Below the pieces are notes generated by a model. It had not been told where the DNA came from and searched no databases. It saw only the letters and a program-made list of their open reading frames with translations. Made by a program: the position numbers and the translations under genes. A stretch of DNA of 64,000 nucleotides from Eledone cirrhosa. Lineage: Eukaryota. The stretch spans positions 106,640,001 through 106,704,000 of the forward strand of contig OZ024745.1 of assembly GCA_964016885.1 (NCBI GenBank), in the 5' to 3' direction. Of the stretch, positions 40,285 through 53,967 are shown piece by piece (positions within the stretch are counted from its first letter, which is position 1; each line of letters opens with the position of its first letter).

Positions 40285-40388
40285 TCTCTGATGATCTGGT
40301 TAAGCTAACAACGTATTTAAAATGGAGTGGCACAGCTTCAAGTGTTCAGCAATTTTTAGACAACTTAATCAGTGAAACAATTGTCAGA
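40285..40388 (+). ncRNA. Type I hammerhead ribozyme with 9-bp helix II and long loop
   Basis: UCU CUGAUGA U CUGGUUAAG...CUUAAUCAG U GAAA CAAUUG UC AGA; palindromic ACAAUUGU; GUC triplet; helix I truncated by upstream (TA)n. Confidence 0.82.
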
Positions 40389-40609
40389 CTGTAAATAAAA
40401 CCCTTTTTTTGTACTGTTGACCGTGTTATTCTTCACTCTTTCAATATTATTACTCCAAGACAAACTTACATAGGAATACAAGAGAACTCATAAACTCGCC
40501 ACCTACATTAACCTCTTGTTGAGTCAGACAACGCCGTACGCTAAAACTATCCACAATACGAAGAATTCTCAACCTCTAACTGGATTACCTATAACGATAT
40601 TTTGTTATC

Positions 40610-40705
<96 letters not shown>

Positions 40706-40825
40706 TGGAATGTCCTATTTCTAAAGAAATAAGGTATGTTTATAAATAAACAGATAAACAGTTAGAAAGCAAAAACACCGGCAGCTATTGCCACCTGGCG
40801 GTGTCCAGCAGAAGCAAGGGGGACA

Positions 40826-40869
40826 ATCATCAATGTATTTCGAACTCAACTGGTTCTCATCAGGACGAT
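40826..40869 (-). ncRNA. Minimal type I hammerhead in a short element (about 40715-40910)
   Basis: AUCGUC CUGAUGA GAAC-CAGUUGA-GUUC GAAA UACA UU GAUGAU. Confidence 0.8.
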
Positions 40870-41091
40870 CTCTGCTGTTCTTACAGCTGCTGGACTTTGA
40901 AAACAGGCGAGAATATATAGTTTTCTCGTCTGTGTAAATGAGGTGATTAATTTCATTTGCATATGAAGCTGTACACTCGTTCGATTGTACTTGTTCCTAA
41001 ATCAATGGGTATTTAAACCTCGCGGAGCCTATAGCGAACCCGGCCTGACCGTAGCAAATATCTTTCAGAGAAGAAAAAGAAAGAAAGAAAG

Positions 41092-41125
<34 letters not shown>

Positions 41126-41127
<2 letters not shown>

Positions 41128-41271
41128 TTCTTTATTTACCATAAAGGCATAAAAAGAAGGGACAAATACAAAGGGGGAGTTTACATATAATCGAGTAAAA
41201 AGGGTGTAACATGAAAATAATCGAAAATAACCTCAAAAGGGAGGGGACGTGATGGGGGTTGCACACACCCT

Positions 41272-41302
<31 letters not shown>

Positions 41303-41383
41303 TATTTCTTTATTAGCCACAGGGGCACAAAAGAAGGGGACAAATACAAAGGGGGAAGTTTACATACAATAAAAACGTGTAAA

Positions 41384-41386
<3 letters not shown>
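41126..41386 (-). mobile_element. Two short 3' fragments of a Tx1-like LINE inside one (GATA)n tract
   Basis: 41126-41271 and 41305-41386 match the 3' end at 57888-57968 (TTTCTTTATTAGCCACAGGGGCACAAAAG...); (GATA)n on both sides of each. Confidence 0.85.
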
Positions 41387-41452
<66 letters not shown>

Positions 41453-42033
41453 GAGGGAGAGAGGGGGTAGGGGGGAGAAGAAAGAAAAAGATAGAGGGCA
41501 AGAGAGAGAGAGAATAGTGAATCGATTCCAATACTAGACGGGTGCTCTGTTTATCAAGCTCAAAAAGATAAAAGGAAAATTGATTTCTTGACAGGTTTTG
41601 AGCTCAGAAGCCAGAATGACTTTTAACCGTCACTGTAACAAATATATTGAGATTGAACGTCTTTGTGAATAACGTTGTGTGAGATGGTAGTCATGGTTTA
41701 GGATATGATTTGAGAAGACATCAATTTGGAGTCTTTGTTTATATTAAGCCCCGATTCTTTCCTGATCATAGAAACCCTACAATGAAAGGCTTTCCAGCCA
41801 TAGACATTGTTGTTTTCTACCTGTGTGAGCGCAACCCAAGATTACGTTAACGATTGTGTCATTTCCTAAGACAGAAGAGGTGTGATTTGAAAGATCTCGC
41901 TGCTATTTCTAGCCGAGTAACCCCATAGTGTCTCATCCGTTATATCTATCTATATATATATATATACACTCACACATACACACACACAAGCACACACACA
42001 CATATATGTATTATATATTATATATATATATAT

Positions 42034-42255
<222 letters not shown>

Positions 42256-42453
42256 ATATGAAAACGGAGAAAGAGACGATTATGAGGAAGAAAAAAATAG
42301 TTTTTTTCCTTTTTTATATATATATATATATATATATTTTATATATATATATATATATTTTATATATATATATATATTTTTTATATATATATATATATAT
42401 ATTTTATATATATATATATATATATTTTATATATATATGTATATATATATATA

Positions 42454-42546
<93 letters not shown>

Positions 42547-42987
42547 GTGACTTGATTAACAGAAATAGTCAAAACAATGCGAAATTAGACATTGCTAGGT
42601 TTCAAGAAATGAAAAGACTTCTTGGGAGGTGAAATATTTCAGTTGTATCTTCTCCCGCCACCAACCAACCAGCTCCCACATCATTACACGACCACCAAAA
42701 AATAGTGAAATGGCAACATAAATTATGTTTTCGAGGTGAATGTCCCTCTCTTCCTTCTCCTCCTTCTTCATTATTTTTGTGGCCTTTCTCACCCATACAT
42801 ACACACACGTTATATCTTTCCTTCTCTCTAACTCAAAAATATAATCAATTATACTTCGAGTAAACATTTGCCATTTCAAATAACCAACTGAACTCATTTC
42901 ATTTCGATGGTTGCTTTCTTTTCCTTCTTTTCTTTCATTCATTCTTTTCTTCTTTTTTTACATTGTTTATTTTCTTTGGTTTTCGTG

Positions 42988-43020
<33 letters not shown>

Positions 43021-43674
43021 TCTTTTTTTTACTGTAGTTTTCTTTCATCCCCAATAATTTTTCACATCCAATTTCTGAAAGATTTCGTTCTTACTTCTCT
43101 TTGTTTATTTCTTTTTTACTCTCTCTCTCTCTATCTATCTATCTATCTCTCAATCTACTTTCCTTCTTTCTTTATTTTCCTTCTTTACTTTCTTCGCCTC
43201 TTTCTCTCTTACTTTCTTTTGTCTCTCTCTCTCTCTTACTTTCTTTTGTCTCTCGCTCTCTCTCTAATTTCCTTCTTTCTTTATTTTCTTACCCTCCTTT
43301 CTTTCATACTTTCTTTTGACTCTCTCTCTCTATTTTCCTTCTTTATTTTTTCTTCTTTATTTTCTTCCCTTCTTTCTTTCGTACGTTCTTCTCAATACAG
43401 CTAATTTCTTTGAGAGGAAGATAGAGAGAGGTGAGTGAGGGAGAAAGTGAGAAAGAGATATAGAGAAATAATCGGCACAATACTAAACTGGAAATTTAGT
43501 TATCGACCTCGAAGAATGAAAAACATGTTAGATCCCCGTGATATTTGAATCCAGATGGTAGAGAGCCGGTACGAATACAGCAAAGGTGACTCTACCAATG
43601 TGCAGCCTCACACACGAGCACATACCAAAAATGTATGATTGTTCACATGTAAAATCACTATTATATTTATTACA

Positions 43675-45340
43675 TTGGCAGTATCGATAGATGGTCCGAT
43701 GCCATGCTTTGCAGCAAAGAGTTACTGCCCTTTACGGTCTGAGTTCAAATTCCGCTGAGATTAGCTTTGCCTTTCATCCAGTAATGCACTGGGGTCGATT
43801 TAATCGACTTTCCCTTACCTTTCAAATTGCTGGCCTTGTGCCTAAAGTAGAAACAATTATATTTATTACCTTGGCAGTATCGATTGAGTGACGGACACCA
43901 TGCTTTGCAGCATAAAGTTACGGTCCTTTACGGTCTGAGTTCAAATCCCGCTGAGGTCAACTTTGCCTTTCTTCCTTACGTAGTCGATAAAATAAAGCAC
44001 CAGTAACGTACTGGCATAATTGCTGGCCTTGTACCAAAAGCAGAAACAATTATATTTATTACCTTTTGAGTTCGAATTTGTTTGTTTTGTTGCTTTTCAT
44101 ATCTCCGGGCTCCATGGAACATATACCAGTAATGTATTGTCGTTAATCAATAATCTACATCTTCCCTTTTCTTCCCCATCTTATAACCAAGTGTGAATTT
44201 GATATTATTGTTTTGTTAACTTTGCCTTTCATCCTTATGGGGTCGATAAAATAAAGTACCAGTAATACACTGGGTAATTGCTGGCCTTGTGTCAAAAGTA
44301 GAAACAATTATTGTTTTATATATTTGTATATGTTGCAACTGTTATTTGGTATGGGAGTAATACTACCTTAGGATGGTAAACTGGCGGAGTCGTTAAGACG
44401 TCGGATAGAATGTTTTATGGTATTCGACCCACGCTTATGGTATTCGACCCACGCTCTGAGTTCAAATCCCACCGTGGTCAACTTTGCCTTTCATCATTTC
44501 GAGGTCGATAAAAAAAGTACCAGTCCAGAACGTGGGTCCATTCTTCCTCTGTAGAAAAAAATTGGCTGCGTTCAGACCTGGAGAGCTTTGGGTTCCACCA
44601 GGTTTAAAAGTGCTCTAGACACGCCGCATGACGGTGTCTCTACGACTCCACAAGGAATTATGGGATCTTTATCATCCTTTAATGCTACCTTCTTTAGGCA
44701 TAGCAACCCCTGGTGAAATCGCAGGGGTACCGCTTTGACATGCGGTGTGTCTTGGGTATTTTTGACTAAACAAAACCCAACCTTCACCAGATCTGACAGT
44801 TGTCGATATCTTCCATAGAGAAGAGGGCACTGCCTAATACTGGACCTGAACTTATTATTCTTTCTAGATTCTAATCTAGGATTATGAAAGACAAATTTGA
44901 CCTCGGTATAACATGAACTCAAAACTCTGTGATATGGAATACCATTTTATGGTATTTGTTCTCCGTTAACGATTTTGCCAATCTACCGCCTCACTTATTA
45001 TTATGAGAGCAATAGAAACAACAAAATATATTACCATATAGTAAATAATTTCATTCCCCTTCGTTTTATGTTCAAATTCCTCTATTGTCTACAAATCCCT
45101 TTTTTTTCCCTATGAAGGTCAATAATGGTTTCTTATATAGGCCCGAGGCCAACAATTTTGGGGAAGGGGAAAGTCGATTAAATTGACTCCAGTGCGTGAC
45201 TGGTAATTTATTTTATCGACCCTGTAGGACGAAAGGCAAAGTTAACCTCGGCGAGATTTGAACTCAGTTCATAAAGGGCCGTAACTCTATACTGCAAAGA
45301 ATGTTGTCCGACGTTCTAGTGATACTGCCAATCGACCGTC
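43675..45340. mobile_element. Several SINE copies (43675-44052 +, 44215-44310 +, 44375-44530 +, 44880-44992 -, 45122-45340 -)
   Basis: Same consensus motifs, variable divergence. Confidence 0.8.
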
Positions 45341-45984
45341 CTGTGAAGGTCAATAATTACAATTGTTTCCACTTTTCACTACTACACTCAATCTCCAATA
45401 CAATATACCACTATACTATTACATCACTACATTTACATCACTACATTTACATCACTCCTATTACATCACTACATTATATTACAACAATATTACATCACTG
45501 CACTGTCATATTACTTTACCACACTAAAGTATAAAACCACTACAAACTTATACTACATTATTATTACACTAATGATACACTATTACGCCAAGAGTGAAGA
45601 CCACTATATCATGAGTAAACAGCAAGAAATGAGACCACAGAATCTACGAGCATAGATAGATAAACTGGACAATGAGGAATATGGAGGATAAACTGTTTTG
45701 TTACATTACATCACATACCTTTCGTCACTTCCAGTCAGACTGAACAATATAGTCCTCAGCTTGGCGAAGCAAAACACAATTCGATAATCGGGTTGTGGCC
45801 GGTCCTTTGTACGAGACGAACATCGAATGGATAGAATAACCTCATTAACCCCTCTACTACTAACTAGAAAATGTTATGCCAATGTTGCACCATCGTAAGA
45901 GATGCACCAGTTATGCATAGAAGCCAAATTTCCTAAAAACTAAATCCTGTGGTTGTATAAAAGGAATAATACATTGAACAATAT

Positions 45985-46371
45985 CAGACCTGTCAACTCT
46001 TCCCGTCCGACGGGGAGGTCTCTCACCTAGTTTGGAGTGGGTGAGAGATACCTTCTCTTATAAAAATGGCTTTCATTATGTAAAATGTGGATTGGCAGTA
46101 TTGATAGAGGGTCGGACGCCATGCTTTGCAGCAAAGAGTTACGACCCTTGCGATTCTGAGTTCAAATCCTGCCGAGGTTAACTTTGCCTTTCATCCTTAC
46201 GGGGTCGATAAAATAAAGTACCAGTAATGCACTGGGTAATTGCTGGCCTTGTGCTAAAAAGTAGAAACAATTATGTAAAAATCTACCCATTTTGCCTCAT
46301 TTCTCCCCGCTTTGGGGCACTTTTTTTTTCAAGGTACTCCTCATTTGAGTTTTTAGAGGTTGGCCGGTCTG
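45985..46371. mobile_element. MITE (hAT-like TIRs, 6-bp TSD) with nested SINE
   Basis: TIRs CAGACCTGTCAAC / GTTGGCCGGTCTG; TSD CAATAT. SINE at 46086-46269 has TSD ATTATGTAAAA (46075-46085, 46270-46280). Confidence 0.78.
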
Positions 46372-46701
46372 CAATATAGCCTCAGTAAAAGATGGAATGG
46401 TCACGACTGAATGACTTTGCTTGGGATTAAACAACAGCAACGACAACACATGACTTAGTATCAATATATGTTATTATCATTGCACCCTAATAGGTTCTCA
46501 TTTGGGACAAATTTAATTAGGATAGCATTTAGAAACACATGAAGTTCACAACTTGATACTTAATAATGGAAATCCGATATAAAAATAACAATGGCTTGAC
46601 ATTTTGACTTCTTATTTCGTTTTCAAATGTCTGTATCTTTGAATATATATCTATATGTGTGTGAGCGTGTGTGTCTATCTATCTATCTATCTATCTATAT
46701 A

Positions 46702-46750
<49 letters not shown>

Positions 46751-46896
46751 CACACTTGTAAAAATTATCTCCTGTGATTATTCATGTTTATTTATATGTT
46801 AATCAATCTCTAGTTATATATATATATATATTAGGTGGTCAAGTATGAAATTTGTAGAAAATTGTAGAAGAAAACAGATTTCTACAAATTTTTTCT

Positions 46897-46930
<34 letters not shown>

Positions 46931-46935
<5 letters not shown>

Positions 46936-47300
46936 GTTGACGGACCCACCATATTTATCAATGCCAGTACCGGTTGTATCTCAGCGCACTCAATGGGCAA
47001 TGTAAGATACATTACCAGAGTATACACATAGTTATTTGCCTCAACACAACACACGTAAAACGGGTGCCTATAAGGTTCCCGGACTCGAGTTTCTGCCGCA
47101 CTAATGCAGCAGTAAGGTGCACTGCACCATCTGTCTGCATATATTATGCAACAATGCACAATCGGCTTATGCGGCTTCATCAGCGGGTATCGCCTAATCA
47201 ATAACCAATCTGTCGACAGAATTCAAACACCGGCCCATGCCGGTCATGACTGTTTGTGACAACCGACACGGTAAAGCGATTAACTGGCAACCGATAGGAC
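46931..47300 (-). mobile_element. HHR-bearing short element whose 3' end abuts (TA)n
   Basis: 46931-47036 recurs at 63895-64000, again next to TA repeats. Confidence 0.78.
47078..47187 (-). ncRNA. Type I hammerhead ribozyme, long loop II
   Basis: CCCG CUGAUGA A GCCGC...GCGGC A GAAA CUCGAG UC CGGG; palindromic ACUCGAGU; GUC triplet. Confidence 0.85.
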
Positions 47301-47361
47301 TCTATCTCTCAACTAGCCACTGATTTACAAATTTTACGTGGGGACGGGAAGCTAAAAGGCA

Positions 47362-47474
<113 letters not shown>

Positions 47475-47751
47475 TGTCTGCCTGACTATGTAAGATTAGA
47501 TAGAATAGATGCATGAGTGTGTGCTTGTAAGTGCGTGTCAATGTAATTGTCTATATACATATTACGTATGTGCATATACATATTATGTATGTGTATATAC
47601 ATATTACGTATGTGTATATTCTTTCTGTTACATTTTTTCTCGCTACTGCTTTGCGTTTCCCCCTTTCCATTATTTTTTGATATATTCTCTTTTTTACTGT
47701 CATATTTCTAATCTCTTCCAATTACTTTGCTGTGTATTTGTGCATACGGGT

Positions 47752-49476
47752 GTATATGTGTTGTGGGAATGAATGTGTACAATTGTGTATGCTACGTTAG
47801 TATATGTGTTGTGGGAATGAGTGTGTAGGATTGTGTATGCTACGTTAGTATATGTGTTGTGGGAATGAGTGTGCACAATTGTCTATGCTATATAAGTATA
47901 TGTGTTGTGGGAATGAGTGTGTACAATTGTGTATGCTATGTAAGTATATGTGTTGTGGGAATGAGTGTGTACAATTGTGTATGCTATGTAAGTATATGTG
48001 TTGTGGGAATGAGTGTGTACACTTGTGTATGTAACGTTACTATATGTGTTGTGGGAATGAGTGAGTACGATTGTGTATGCTACGTTAGTATATGTGTTGT
48101 GGGAATGAGTGTGTACAATTGTGTATACTATGTAAGTATATGTGTTGTGGGAATGAGTGTGTACAATTGTGTATGCTATGTAAGTATATGTGTTGTGGGA
48201 ATATGTCTGTACCATTGTGTATGCTATATATGTATATGTGTTGTGGGAATGAGTGTGTACAATTGTATGCTACGTTAGTATATGTGTTGTGGGAATGAGT
48301 GTGTACAATTGTCTATGCTATATAAGTATATGTGTTGTGGGAATGAGTGTGTACAATTGTGTATGCTATGTAAGTATATGTGTTGTGGGAATGAGCGTGT
48401 ACAATTCTGTATGCTATATAAGTATATGTGTTGTGGGAATGAGTGTGTACAATTGTGTATGCTACGTTAGTATATGTGTTGTGGGAATGAGTGTGTAGGA
48501 TTGTGTATGCTATGTAAGTATATGTGTTGTGGGAATGAGTGTGTAGTATTGTGTATGCTACGTAAGTATATGTGTTGTGGGAATGAGTGTGTACACTTGT
48601 GTATGCTATGTAAGTATATGTGTTGTGGGAATGAGTGTGTAGGATTGTGTATGCTATATAAGTATATGTGTTGTGGGAATGAGTGTGTACAATTGTGTAT
48701 GCTATGTAAGTATATGTGTTGTGGGAATGAGTGTGTAGGATTGTGTATGCTATATAAGTATATGTGTTGTGGGAATGAGTGTGTACAATTGTGTATGCTA
48801 TGTAAGTATATGTGTTGTGGGAATGAGTGTGTACACTTGTGTATGCTATGTAAGTATATGTGTTGTGGGAATGAGTGTGTAGGATTGTGTATGCTATATA
48901 AGTATATGTGTTGTGGGAATGAGTGTGTACAATTGTGTATGCTATATAAATATATGTGTTGCGGGAATGAGTGTGTACAAGTGTGTATGCTATATAAGTA
49001 TATGTGTTGTGGGAATGAGTGTGTACAATTGTGTATGTTACGTTAGTATATGTGTTGTGGGAATGAGTGTGTACAAGTGTGTATGCTATATAAGTATATG
49101 TGTTGTGGGAATGAGTGTGTACAATTGTGTATGCTATATAAGTATATGTGTTGTGGGAATCAGTGTGTACAATTGTGTATGCTATATAAGTATATGTGTT
49201 GTGGGAATGAGTGTGTACAATTGTGTATGCTACGTTAGTATATGTGTTGTGGGAATGAGTGTGTACAAGTGTGTATGCTATATAAGTATATGTGTTGTGG
49301 GAATGAGTGTGTACAATTGTGTATGCTATATAAGTATATGTGTTGTGGGAATCAGTGTGTACAATTGTGTATGCTATATAAGTATATGTGTTGTGGGAAT
49401 GAGTGTGTACAATTGTGTATGCTACGTTAGTATATGTGTTGTGGGAATGAGTGTGTAGGATTGTGTATACTACGTA
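47752..49476. repeat. 48-bp tandem satellite, about 36 units
   Basis: Unit AGTATATGTGTTGTGGGAATGAGTGTGTACAATTGTGTATGCTA(TGTA/TATA/CGTT); a 192-bp four-unit block is duplicated near the right end. Confidence 0.97.
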
Positions 49477-49639
49477 AATTTTTCCTATTCCTATATAAGT
49501 GATTCTGTGTTTTCAGATTTTTCTAAAAGGTTTTGCTCTTGTATAACTTTTGCTGAAATCATTATTTGATATATATTCTGTTTCAAGAATCTAATTTTAG
49601 TTGGGTAACAATAATAAATCACAAACTGCTACGATATTT

Positions 49640-51390
<1,751 letters not shown>

Positions 51391-51560
51391 TACACCCGTA
51401 CGCATCCATACTTATTGGATATTCACACGTACTGTCACATTTTCACACAAAGATTTAGATATATGTACACATACGTATGCACCTAACACCCTAACAGTAC
51501 GTACATTTGTTCGGATAGATAAACAAATTGATGTACATTTATGTATCTATGCGTGTGTGC

Positions 51561-51649
<89 letters not shown>

Positions 51650-51780
51650 CGCTTATAAAAAAAAAATAGTCATGCATTTATAGACAACCATACATACACA
51701 AAGACTCAAATACACTCACACGTGCTTGACTTGCAGACAGATAAACATGTAGATATAATCTCACAGAATGCAGACGCAGG

Positions 51781-51845
<65 letters not shown>

Positions 51846-52857
51846 GCATAACAAAAAAGGGTGTGGTAAGATACCAGGTGGACCAAATCGACTTGTATAG
51901 TAAAAATAATATTAAATTTAATAAATCCTTGATCCCTGTGTTCTGTTTGAACCTCGTAATTTTCGATCTAACAATAATCCCCACCACCACCACTACCACC
52001 ATTACAGCCATCTCCCATATGACCATCTATCTACCTCCTAACCCGTAACAGATGTTAGACAGACCATCAATAGAAGTCTGGGAATGGGTTAGCTGTTAGG
52101 ATTAGTCCAGATAATTTTTCAAACGTACTATTTTTTCCTTCTCCTTACTACTAAGGCTTCAATCATTCCCATTCACTTTGATTTAAGTTTCCTCTTTTTC
52201 TAAGTAGGCTGATTACCATTGGTCAAAGGTTACTTAGTCAAATACACTGCGAGACAGCTATTTTGTAAGGAGAGGACGCAATTCAGGTTTATAGTCATCA
52301 AGGTGTAACTAATTTGTGACAGTAGTTAGATTAGATGACTAGATTTTGAGCTAATATATATTTTGACTTCCAGCCGGCTGTACGCTTTGCAGGAAGCACC
52401 TTCTTCAACAACGGCGATTATTCATAATTTCAGAGCTGTAGTTAAAATCTTTCAGCAAGAAATCCTCAGTTCCATGATTTAGATGAGTTTGTGTGGTTGT
52501 AAAAGTGTTTACAGTAATTCCAAACACCTCCGTTTGATACTGGGTCCATCTAGTGGTGTTAAAAATAGCTAATAAATTGCTGCTTTGAAAAACTGGTTAT
52601 TCTGAGTTACAATTTAACTGGTGAACTGGTGGCTCTGAAGAGGAATATCTTAGGATAGACTGACTATAATGTGGAGAGCAATGTTGTCCAAGCAGGAACA
52701 ATATGTGTTTATATATATATATATATGTGTGTGTGTGTATTTCGTATTTCTAAAGAAATACGGTATGTTTTCTGGGAAAACATTTCGGAAGCCGTAGCTA
52801 TGCAAAAACACCGGGGCTAACACCCTCTGGTGGTGTCCACCAGAAGCAAGGAGGACA

Positions 52858-52901
52858 ATCGTCTATGCATTTCAGACTTAACTAGTCTTCATCAGGACGA
52901 T
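52858..52901 (-). ncRNA. Minimal type I hammerhead (relative of 40826-40869) in a short element (about 52745-52935)
   Basis: AUCGUC CUGAUGA AGACU-AGUUA-AGUCU GAAA UGCA UA GACGAU; perfect 6-bp helix I, palindromic AUGCAU, AUA triplet. Confidence 0.9.
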
Positions 52902-53189
52902 AACTGCCACGCTTGCGACTGCTGAACTTGAGAACACACACACACTATACATATATATTTAAATATATATATATTTAAATATATATATATATTTAAATAT
53001 ATATATATATATTTAAATATATATATATATATATATATATAATTCGGGATGTTTGTTTACAAACACACCGAGCATTATAATAAATGTTCGGTGAATCCAT
53101 ACGTACATATATGTATGTCTGCATGTATGTATATATATATATACATACTACTGTACGTCTGTATACATATATGTATGTACGTATACATA

Positions 53190-53287
<98 letters not shown>

Positions 53288-53823
53288 GTGTGTGTGTGTG
53301 TGTGTCTGTGTGTGTGTGTCTGTGTGTCTGTCTGTGTGTCTGTGTGTGAGTGTATGTTTTGGGGCTTTTGCTTTCGAAAGCAATATTCTGTAGTGTGTAT
53401 AATACGATGGATGTATGAGATTACAAAGGTTAATTTAGAATTAATTTTTAGTTCGTCGAAGCAGGGCAACTGACGATATATTTTACTGTTTTGTACGACT
53501 CTTCATTTACTTCTCACTGTTAAGATTGATTGTTGTTCAGAATAAAGGTCATTGTTATATGCTTTTACATTACAACGTTCTAAGACAAAAAGAATTTTAG
53601 AATTTTTATATCAAACAGACAGCTTGCAATATAGGAACCAATGTATGTATGTATGTATGTATGTATGTATGTATGTATGTATGTATGTATGTATGTATGT
53701 ACGTACGTATGTATGTATGTATGTATGTATGTATGTATGTATGTATGTATGTATGTACGTACGTACGTATGTATGTATGTATGTATGTATGTATGTATGT
53801 ATGTATGTATGTATGTATGTATG

Positions 53824-53900
53824 TTCAGCGCATCGGTAGGAGTTCTCCTATATGGATATAAAGTAGTGGCCGTACTCGAATACGAGTTGGCAGCCACCAT
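53824..53900 (+). mobile_element. 3' terminal fragment of the RTE-derived family inside (TATG)n
   Basis: Nearly identical to 35799-35876. Confidence 0.85.
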
Positions 53901-53967
53901 GTATGTATGTATGTATTATGCATGTATGTATGTATGTACGTATGTATGTACATATGTATGTAACGTG

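Noticed and set aside
47752-49476. CRISPR array or Cys-rich (metallothionein/keratin-like) protein
   Set aside because: No unique spacers, no cas genes, eukaryotic context; the ORFs arise because the 48-bp unit is a multiple of 3 and are broken by stops.
52350-52482. Possible host exon after a CTAAT...TTCCAG acceptor
   Set aside because: Only about 35 codons to a stop, no recognisable domain and no partner exons.
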